Source of the DNA: an uncultured virus (IMG/VR IMGVR_UViG_3300009666_001319) | Lineage: Duplodnaviria; Heunggongvirae; Uroviricota; Caudoviricetes | Length of the DNA stretch: 64,000 nucleotides | Virus record (IMG/VR): IMGVR_UViG_3300009666_001319 | Strand: one strand, 5' to 3' | Shown here: positions 57,308 to 64,000 of the stretch, in pieces | Position numbering within the stretch: the stretch's first letter is position 1 | How the letters are laid out: every line of letters begins with the position of its first letter | Program-made: the position numbers and the translations under genes | Notes under the pieces: generated by a model | The model's database searches: none | The model's input: the letters and a program-made list of their open reading frames with translations, nothing else | What the model was told of the DNA's origin: nothing

Positions 57308-59485
57308 CTATCGAGTAGACAGGTGCATCACACGGTCGGCGATCTCGGCGGTCCTGCCCTGGTTGAAATACTGCGTTCCCAAGTAGCCGCAGACGCGGCG
57401 GCAGACGTTCATCTTCTTCTGGTCACGGTTGCCGCAGTTCGGACACTCCCAGATCAGCTTCCCGTCCTCCTCCACGATGCGGACCTCCCCATCGTAGCCA
57501 CATACCTGGCAGTAGTCGGATTTCGTATTCAGCTCGGCATACATGATGTTGTCGTAGATGAACCGCATGACAGCCAGCACCGCAGGAATGTTGTTCTGCA
57601 GGTCCGGTACCTCGATATAGCTGATCGCGCCGCCAGGACTTAAAGCCTGAAACTCCGCCTCAAAGCCCAGCTTCTTGAAAGCGTCAATCGGCTCGGTCAC
57701 ATGGACATGATAGGAATTCGTGATATAGTTCTTATCGGTCACATGCGGAATCTTCCCGAACCGGCGCTGCAGGCACCGGGCAAACTTGTAGGTGGAGGAT
57801 TCCATTGGCGTCCCGTACAGGCTGAAGCTGATATTCGTCAGGCCCCGCCAGGTCAGGCACTTGTCGTTCAGGAACTCCATCACCGCAACGGCAAAGTCAT
57901 GCCCCTTCGGATCGGTGTGGGAAACACCCTTCATCCGGTACACACACTCGCAGAGCCCAGCATAGCCGAGGGAAATCGTGGAGTAGTTGTCATACAGCAG
58001 GCGGTCAATCTTCTCGCTCTTCTTCAGACGGCTGATTGCGCCGTACTGCCAGAGGATCGGAGCCACGTCCGAAGGCGTCCCCTTCAGCGTGTTGTGGCGG
58101 ATCATGAGCGCCTTGAAGCAAAGCTCGCACCGCTCGTTCAGGAGCTGCCAGAACTTTGTCTCATCGCCCTCGGCGCTGCACGCCACATCCACCAGGTTGA
58201 TGGTCACTGCTCCCTGGTTAAAGCGGCCGTAGTATTTGTGCTCGCCGTTCTCGCCCATGCCTACAATGTCCGGCGTGAGGAACGCCCGGCATCCCATGCA
58301 GGTATACACATCCCCGTTCTTCAGCTGCTTCATGACCTTGGCGCTGATGTAGTCAGGCACCATGCGTTTCGCGGTACACTCCGCGGCAAGGACGGTCAGG
58401 TACCAGTAAGGCGCGTCCTCGGTGATGTTGTCCTCGTCCAGGACATAGATCAGTTTCGGAAATGCCGGCGACACCCAGACGCCGACCTCGTTCTTGATTC
58501 CTTCGTGGCGCTGCTTCAGCGTCTCCGCGATAATCAGCGCAAGGTCATCCCGTGTCTGACCCGGCTCCACTTCACCCAAATACATGAATACTGAGACGAA
58601 AGGCGTCTGTCCGTTGGTGGTAAGGAGCGTCTGGATCTGATACTGGATGGTCTGGATGCCGCGCTGCACTTCTTTTCTCACGCGCATCTCCGCCATACGG
58701 CTGACCTCATCCTCGGTGTAGTCCCGGCCGATGGCCATGAACTCATCTTTGATCTCACTTTTATATTTCTGGCGGGACACATCCACAAAAGGCGCAAGGT
58801 GCGCCAGGGAAATGGTCTGCCCGCCATAGGTATTCGATGCCACCTGCGCGATGATCTGTGTCGCTATGTTGCAGGCGGTCGAAAAGCTGTGCGGCTTCTC
58901 GATCAGGGTCTCCGTGATCACCGTGCCATTCTGGAGCATATCCTCCAGGTTGACCAGCTCACAATTTGAAATCGGACCGGAGACATAGCCCATGTCATGG
59001 ATGTGGATGATACCCTCGTCATGGGCATGGATCACATCCTCCGGGAAAATGTATCTCCGGCAGATATCCTCGGAGACCTCCGAGGCGAGGTAGTCCCTCA
59101 TGGTGGAATTCAGGATTGGGTCCTTGTTGGCGTTTTCCTGCTTCGCCAGCTCATTGTCATGGCGCAGGAGCGACAGGATCTTGGCATCCGTGCTGTTCTG
59201 CTTCCTGAGAAGCTCGTGGCGCAGACGATAATCGCTGTAGTGCCGGGCAAGCCTGTGCGCCTCGGCCTGATCCAGTTCATCGATCACCATGTCCTGGATT
59301 TCTTCGACGCTGACACTCCGGCCAAGCGCCTCGCAGCGCACCCTGATTCTCCCGGCAATGGACTCAGCCTGTTCCGTAGGGATGCGGTCTTCCTCCACCA
59401 CATCCGCGTTCGCGGCTTCCAGCGCCGCGATGATCTTATCTGTCTTGAACGGTACCTCTGTACCATCCCGTTTGATGATCTTCAA
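57308..59485 (-). CDS. nrdD: Class III anaerobic ribonucleotide reductase with ATP cone
   Basis: IIKRDG, YITNSYH, CPNCG, RRVCGYLG. Confidence 0.96.
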   Translation of the reverse strand: MKIIKRDGTEVPFKTDKIIAALEAANADVVEEDRIPTEQAESIAGRIRVRCEALGRSVSVEEIQDMVIDELDQAEAHRLARHYSDYRLRHELLRKQNSTDAKILSLLRHDNELAKQENANKDPILNSTMRDYLASEVSEDICRRYIFPEDVIHAHDEGIIHIHDMGYVSGPISNCELVNLEDMLQNGTVITETLIEKPHSFSTACNIATQIIAQVASNTYGGQTISLAHLAPFVDVSRQKYKSEIKDEFMAIGRDYTEDEVSRMAEMRVRKEVQRGIQTIQYQIQTLLTTNGQTPFVSVFMYLGEVEPGQTRDDLALIIAETLKQRHEGIKNEVGVWVSPAFPKLIYVLDEDNITEDAPYWYLTVLAAECTAKRMVPDYISAKVMKQLKNGDVYTCMGCRAFLTPDIVGMGENGEHKYYGRFNQGAVTINLVDVACSAEGDETKFWQLLNERCELCFKALMIRHNTLKGTPSDVAPILWQYGAISRLKKSEKIDRLLYDNYSTISLGYAGLCECVYRMKGVSHTDPKGHDFAVAVMEFLNDKCLTWRGLTNISFSLYGTPMESSTYKFARCLQRRFGKIPHVTDKNYITNSYHVHVTEPIDAFKKLGFEAEFQALSPGGAISYIEVPDLQNNIPAVLAVMRFIYDNIMYAELNTKSDYCQVCGYDGEVRIVEEDGKLIWECPNCGNRDQKKMNVCRRVCGYLGTQYFNQGRTAEIADRVMHLSTR

Positions 59486-59961
59486 CTCATGTCCTCCCTC
59501 ATTCTCTCCTCGGCTTCCTTCAGCAGTTCCTCGCAGGATTTCCCTTCATGGTCCCGGCACTGTATGTCCAGGCATTTGAAAACCTCGTTCTGCTCTTCAG
59601 CCGTCAGGTCGATAGTGTACAGTTCTTCGTTATCTTCAGAATCGGCGTTGACCACGATGAATTCGATACAGGAATCCATGTGGTTATCCGAGAAACCGTT
59701 CAGGCCAACATAGAAGTCGTACCAGCCCTCGTTGTCACAGGTATCATCGGTGAACTCGTCCATCGGGTGCATCGGTTTGAAACCCGTGTCCTTGCGGATA
59801 CGGTCTGCGATCTGCACCAGCCCGTTTGTCGCCATCAACTGGAAGCCCACGGTCGGAAACCGGCAGGGGTAATCCAGGTAGCACTGGTCATCGCCGTACA
59901 TGATCTCCGATCCGAAGTCGATGAATATCTCGTCCTTCACAAAGCCTTCCGTCAGCGTCAT
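59482..59961 (-). CDS. Hypothetical acidic protein
   Basis: Coupled ORF with RBS. Confidence 0.65.
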   Translation of the reverse strand: MTLTEGFVKDEIFIDFGSEIMYGDDQCYLDYPCRFPTVGFQLMATNGLVQIADRIRKDTGFKPMHPMDEFTDDTCDNEGWYDFYVGLNGFSDNHMDSCIEFIVVNADSEDNEELYTIDLTAEEQNEVFKCLDIQCRDHEGKSCEELLKEAEERMREDMS

Positions 59962-60245
59962 AACCGCGCCTCCTGTCTCCTGCACTTCCTGTCCACCATG
60001 ATCTGTATGTCATGGTCGGAGATATCGTAGATTTCCTGCATCTGCTTCATGCAGATCAGGCAATCCGCCATCTCCTCGATAAGGTTATATCGTGCCGCTT
60101 CGTCGTTCTTCCCGGCATTGGCAGCCCTGCGCATCTTGGAAACAGCCTGGATCAGCTCTGCGGCTTCCTCCATATGTACCATTGCCTGTGCGTCAGCCCC
60201 GTACCGGGCGATAACCTTCGTCTGCTGCGGAACGTTAATCCACAT
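59958..60245 (-). CDS. MazG-like nucleotide pyrophosphohydrolase
   Basis: EEAAELIQAVSK..EEMAD. Confidence 0.7.
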   Translation of the reverse strand: MWINVPQQTKVIARYGADAQAMVHMEEAAELIQAVSKMRRAANAGKNDEAARYNLIEEMADCLICMKQMQEIYDISDHDIQIMVDRKCRRQEARL

Positions 60246-60558
60246 CGCTGCCTCCCTTCTTCTGCTTTCCCAGAAATGTGATGTATCGGTTGATATACCA
60301 GATTGCCTTGCGGAGATCCTCCTCCGTCTTTGACGGGTCCTTGCGTCCGGCTCTTGCGATATATTTCACCGCGTTGCCGAGATGATACGGAAGGTCCAGT
60401 CCCTCGATCACGTCTATGACTTCGATGGAGCCATAGGTGTAATGGGCAGGATGGTTCACGTTGTCCGGAGCATCCGGTATGTCCTCAATGGGTTCTCCAT
60501 TTGTCTGGGCCATACCATCCCTGTAGATGACCGGCTCACTTTTTCTTCTTCTCAGCAT
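60235..60558 (-). CDS. DUF3310 protein
   Basis: DNVNHPAHY..IEVID..GNAVKYIARAG.K..EDLRKAIWY. Confidence 0.88.
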   Translation of the reverse strand: MLRRRKSEPVIYRDGMAQTNGEPIEDIPDAPDNVNHPAHYTYGSIEVIDVIEGLDLPYHLGNAVKYIARAGRKDPSKTEEDLRKAIWYINRYITFLGKQKKGGSDVD

Positions 60559-60739
60559 TCTCGCGCCTCCTGTTCTGTTTGCATATGATGTCGATGCACT
60601 CTACTGCGTGGCAGCAGTAAGGGCAGTCATACGGATACCGCGGACAATCCTCACCGCGTTTCCTGGTAAAACGAAAAAGCGCCACAAAACAAACGGTGCC
60701 CGTTACGCATATGATTCCAGCCATGATCCAATCAAGCAT
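60536..60739 (-). CDS. Small membrane/Cys-rich protein
   Basis: TM segment plus CPRYPYDCPYCC. Confidence 0.55.
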   Translation of the reverse strand: MLDWIMAGIICVTGTVCFVALFRFTRKRGEDCPRYPYDCPYCCHAVECIDIICKQNRRRENAEKKKK

Positions 60740-61049
60740 CGCTTCCTCCTGTTTCTTCCTGCGCCCGCTTCGCACGGCACCAGGCGGTCCGGCATTTCCC
60801 GGAGCAGAACTTCTTCCTCCGACCGCGCTTTGGCTGCGTCAGCTTCTTGCCGCACACAGGGCAGCGGTCGTTATGCTCACACCACACGGGATAGTTCAGC
60901 CTGACAAGCCAGCCGTCCCCGGCGAGTCCGTGGGTCTTGCAGTAAAGCTCTACCTTGTTCAGTTTCAGGTGAAGGCTTCCTGCAATCGCCCGGTAGCCGA
61001 TTCCCTGGAGGCGCATGGAGCGGATCAGTTCTTTCTGTACCTCGGTCAT
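60732..61049 (-). CDS. HTH plus Zn-finger regulator (sigma-70 region-like)
   Basis: MRLQGIGYRAIA; CPVCG..KKFCSGKCR. Confidence 0.75.
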   Translation of the reverse strand: MTEVQKELIRSMRLQGIGYRAIAGSLHLKLNKVELYCKTHGLAGDGWLVRLNYPVWCEHNDRCPVCGKKLTQPKRGRRKKFCSGKCRTAWCRAKRAQEETGGSDA

Positions 61050-61319
61050 CAGCCTCTCTCCTTGTGCCATGCCCACACGGGGTTTTCATGTAATAATGCG
61101 AATATGTAAAAAACGCCTGAGTTTCCGCTTGTTTCCGGCTCGAAAACAGCGTATTCCCATGCGTTTTTGTAACGAAATGCAGCACCCGCCAGCGCCTGCG
61201 GTTTTCCCAGCCGGGAATTCCAAAAACCGCTGAAAATCAAGGATGCAACAGCATTTTTCGGATGTAAACCGCACCCTGCCGGAGCCCATCCGGGGACCCT
61301 GCCGGGTAGGGGGCCTTGC

Positions 61320-61400
61320 AATTTCGCGTTTTTCAACGCGAGAGGGGGCGGCGGTCTGTGGGAAACTTCACTGTAGAGAAGTGACCCAGGCCCCTGGGGG
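61320..61400. other. Probable cos packaging region
   Basis: GC-rich GACCGCCGCCCCCTC (minus strand) next to the inverted repeat TCGCGTT/AACGCGA, in the non-coding gap downstream of HNH. Confidence 0.5.
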
Positions 61401-61422
61401 CCGCCGCTACCGCCTGCCCCGC

Positions 61423-61611
61423 TCAGTGCTTCAGCACAAGCACGATGATGACTGCGATGAAGACAGCCACGACAAAGGTCAGCCACAGAGGACTGAGCAC
61501 CCACAGCCAGCTCCAGGTGATGACGCCGGTCAGCTTCAGCGCAACGAACAGCAGGGTCAGTGCCTCGAAGAAGCCGAGCCCCACGGTCTTGATCTCTTTC
61601 TTCTCGTTCAT
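61423..61611 (-). CDS. Small membrane protein
   Basis: LFVALKLTGVITWSWLWVLSPLW. Confidence 0.75.
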   Translation of the reverse strand: MNEKKEIKTVGLGFFEALTLLFVALKLTGVITWSWLWVLSPLWLTFVVAVFIAVIIVLVLKH

Positions 61612-61626
61612 GTATCGGTTCCTTTC

Positions 61627-61986
61627 TCAGTAGTGGTAGGTCGGTGTGTTGTCGTTCGCCCTGGTCTTCATGCTGTGGTGACGGTGGCAGAGCGCCTGCC
61701 AGTTACCCTGATCCCAGAACAACGTCCGGTCACCTCGGTGCGGAATGATGTGGTCAACGTCGGTCGCCTTGACGTACCGGCCTTCCTTCATGCACTCCAC
61801 ACACAGCGGATGCGCTTCCAGGTATTTCTTCCTTGCTTTCTGCCATGCCCTTGTGTATCCCCTCGCATCGGCACTTCTCACTTCCTCCGGATGCATCGGT
61901 TTGTGAACCTCGCAGTATTTGGTACCGTATGGTACGAGCGCCGCACAGCCGGGATGCCGGCATGGTGTCTTCGGTCGTGATGGCAT
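61627..61986 (-). CDS. HNH endonuclease (packaging-associated)
   Basis: HPLCVEC..VDHIIPHRGD..NWQALCHRHH. Confidence 0.93.
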   Translation of the reverse strand: MPSRPKTPCRHPGCAALVPYGTKYCEVHKPMHPEEVRSADARGYTRAWQKARKKYLEAHPLCVECMKEGRYVKATDVDHIIPHRGDRTLFWDQGNWQALCHRHHSMKTRANDNTPTYHY

Positions 61987-62113
61987 GATGTGTAATCTCC
62001 TATCGGGAGGGGAGTTGCTGTTTCCCGATTCCGGGCTGTCAAACAACTCCCCTCATATACTGTCGTGGGAGAGGCTGTTTTAGAAGTATGCCTCGAAAAA
62101 AAAGTTTTATTTT

Positions 62114-63205
62114 TTAGGACTCCCACGGAAGACCGGCTTTTCCGAAGTGCCCGTATGCGGAAACCTTGTTATAATCCACATTCAGCAGATCGAGACTTTT
62201 GATGATCCCTTTCGGGGTCAGGTCGTAGTTCTCGCGCACAAAGGCTTCCAGAAACGCCTTATCCTGATGCTCGGTTCCGAAGGTCTCGATATAGATGCTG
62301 ACCGGCTCCGCCACACCGATGGCATAGGCGATCTGGACTTCGCACTTATCCGCATATCCGGCTCTCACGATATCCACCGCAATCTTTCTCGCAGCATAGG
62401 CGCCGGAACGATCCACCTTGGATGGGTCTTTCCCGCTCATCGCGCCTCCACCGATATGACCGACACCACCGTAGGTATCGCAAGCGAGTTTTCTTCCGGT
62501 CACGCCGCAATCGGCAAAACTGCCGCCGATAACGAAACGGCCGGTCGGATTGACCAGTTTTTCAAAGTCGGTATTCAGCCCGTTCTCACAGGCGGCCAAT
62601 ACCATGATGCCCTCGATGATATGGCGGAAATCTGCGGGGTCCACATCTGTGGAATGCTGAACCGAACACAGGAAGGTTGTGATCTTCCCGGATTCGTAGT
62701 CATAGCTGACTTGGGCTTTCGCATCGGCGCGGAACATGCGGCTCGGATGCGCTTTGAGAATCTGGAGGAAACGGGTCGCCACCACAAAGGGGATCGGCAG
62801 AAGCTCCGCCGTCTCATTGGTGGCGTAACCGAACATCATGCCCTGATCTCCCGCTCCGCCCTTATCCACACCGAGAGCGATATCCGGGCTCTGCTCTTTC
62901 ACCAGGATGCCGATATCGGGACCGAGGAAAAATGAATCCCTGAAATCGACCGCTTTTCCATAGTCCATCTTCTGCATCCCGATCCTCTCAAAGACCTGGT
63001 AAACCAGAGCCTTGTAATCCGGCTTGTGTTCGCTGGTCAACTCGCCGGCGATGATGATGTGGTTGTCCTTGATCAGGACTTCTATTGCGACCCTGCTCTT
63101 CGGATCGTGCTGCAGGCACTCCGTCACAATCGCATCCGCAATCTGATCGCAGATTTTATCGGGATGACCATTGCTGACCTGCTCACAAGTAATAATTCTG
63201 CTCAT
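62114..63205 (-). CDS. metK: S-adenosylmethionine synthetase
   Basis: GHPDKICD, GAGDQG, GGGAMSGKDPSKVDRS, AYGHFG. Confidence 0.96.
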   Translation of the reverse strand: MSRIITCEQVSNGHPDKICDQIADAIVTECLQHDPKSRVAIEVLIKDNHIIIAGELTSEHKPDYKALVYQVFERIGMQKMDYGKAVDFRDSFFLGPDIGILVKEQSPDIALGVDKGGAGDQGMMFGYATNETAELLPIPFVVATRFLQILKAHPSRMFRADAKAQVSYDYESGKITTFLCSVQHSTDVDPADFRHIIEGIMVLAACENGLNTDFEKLVNPTGRFVIGGSFADCGVTGRKLACDTYGGVGHIGGGAMSGKDPSKVDRSGAYAARKIAVDIVRAGYADKCEVQIAYAIGVAEPVSIYIETFGTEHQDKAFLEAFVRENYDLTPKGIIKSLDLLNVDYNKVSAYGHFGKAGLPWES

Positions 63206-63390
63206 AATGTTTTCCCTTTCTGTCGATTCTTCCCGGCTCTTGATTCTTTGATTTCTTTCACCGCTTCTCTCATGATGTCGGATACTGAGAGATCCGGCCT
63301 GTGCGACCAGACGATTGACACAAAAATGACTCCAAACAAAAGCAGCGGCAGAAAAACCACCGCCGCAAGGATCACAAATATCAACTTCAT
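63202..63390 (-). CDS. Small membrane protein
   Basis: Hydrophobic N-terminus; GGAGG RBS. Confidence 0.6.
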   Translation of the reverse strand: MKLIFVILAAVVFLPLLLFGVIFVSIVWSHRPDLSVSDIMREAVKEIKESRAGKNRQKGKTL

Positions 63391-63618
63391 CGCACCTCCT
63401 GATGCCCGGATGAACCTGACATCCTTTGCCGCTGCCGCCTTTGTCGTCGCCCACATAGTCGGCTCATGCAATGGATGTCCAAGGCATATCCGGGTATTCT
63501 CTTTCCTCTATTTTCTTTTTTGTTGCATGATGTTGCTAATAAAAACAGTAAAATCCTATAAAGAAATGAAAAATAGAAAAATGGGTTTTTTCCCTGCACC
63601 GCGCCGCAACACAGGAAG

Positions 63619-63678
63619 AAATCTGCTGTCGCGGACTCAAATCTGCTGTTGCGGGCTCAAATCTGCTGTCGCGGGCTT
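63619..63678. repeat. Three 20-bp tandem repeats, iteron-like
   Basis: aaatctgctgtcgcggactc / aaatctgctgttgcgggctc / aaatctgctgtcgcgggctt. Confidence 0.85.
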
Positions 63679-63735
63679 ACCGCGGAACAGACCTGCCCTG
63701 TCGCCGGACGATGCAGGGGAAAAAGGCGAGAATGC

Positions 63736-63999
63736 TTATCCCAAAACAGGAAAATCATCCTTCCCAACCTGCAACACATCACCCTCCACAGGTTCCTCGC
63801 CGTTTTCATATTCACGGAACCGGCAGCCCAGGAGCATAGTTGTCGCGCTTCCCCCATCAGCCGGGCGCTTCCTCTTGATCTCGAAGTACCGCTGGATGGC
63901 GCTGTTGAAGTTCTGCTGATTCTCCGGGCGATAGGTATGCTTATCGCACCAGTCCTTATACCGTGTATAGACGGCAGAAGTGCGGACTTCATAAGCCTC
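63736..63999 (-). CDS. 3' end of a probable phage primase/helicase (P4/D5-like)
   Basis: Open frame EVRTSAVYTRYKDWC..ENQQNF..LLGCRF; truncated by the window edge. Confidence 0.6.
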   Translation of the reverse strand, partial: EAYEVRTSAVYTRYKDWCDKHTYRPENQQNFNSAIQRYFEIKRKRPADGGSATTMLLGCRFREYENGEEPVEGDVLQVGKDDFPVLG

Positions 64000-64000
64000 G

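Larger units (their letters stand above)
7733..64000 (-). mobile_element. HK97-like siphovirus prophage; continues past the right edge, left boundary uncertain and may include 1-7700
   Basis: Co-oriented terminase, portal, ClpP, capsid, head-tail, tail, tape measure, holin and endolysin genes, followed by serine recombinases. Confidence 0.93.

Noticed and set aside
57308..59485. Intein or intron in nrdD (terL also checked)
   Set aside because: Lengths are normal, frames are continuous and no splicing motifs were seen
4793..63919. Many long plus-strand ORFs (e.g. 4793..5926, 16878..18446, 28168..29865, 37013..38392, 55286..56596)
   Set aside because: They are antisense shadows of well-supported minus-strand genes with GC-rich third positions; no motifs or RBS
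1..64000. tRNA or rRNA genes
   Set aside because: No cloverleaf or rRNA-like segment recognised by eye; tRNAscan-SE would be needed to exclude them

Overview
The window is mostly one HK97-type siphoviral prophage, read on the minus strand; gene families suggest a Clostridia/Firmicutes host (inference). From right to left it carries: the 3' end of a primase with iteron-like repeats; metK; HNH with a likely cos site; nrdDG; four DNA methyltransferases; an amidoligase/GGCT operon; an array of small genes behind repeated promoter-RBS modules; terminase, portal, ClpP, capsid, tail and tape measure genes; a glycosyltransferase; and lysis genes. The left end holds five tandem, catalytically intact large serine recombinases. 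Beyond these lie an HTH-fused ugd plus epimerase, an XRE regulator and an AAA ATPase/sixth recombinase/paralog operon. Main points of interest: (1) the 5+1 recombinase cluster; (2) a promoter-like motif with about 10 copies that links recombinases and gene cassettes; (3) an IS110 inserted into one copy of that motif, whose non-coding end has bridge-RNA-like matches to both target and donor; (4) a multi-module C5 methyltransferase with an overprinted second ORF. All family assignments come from motif recognition by eye; no database searches were run.
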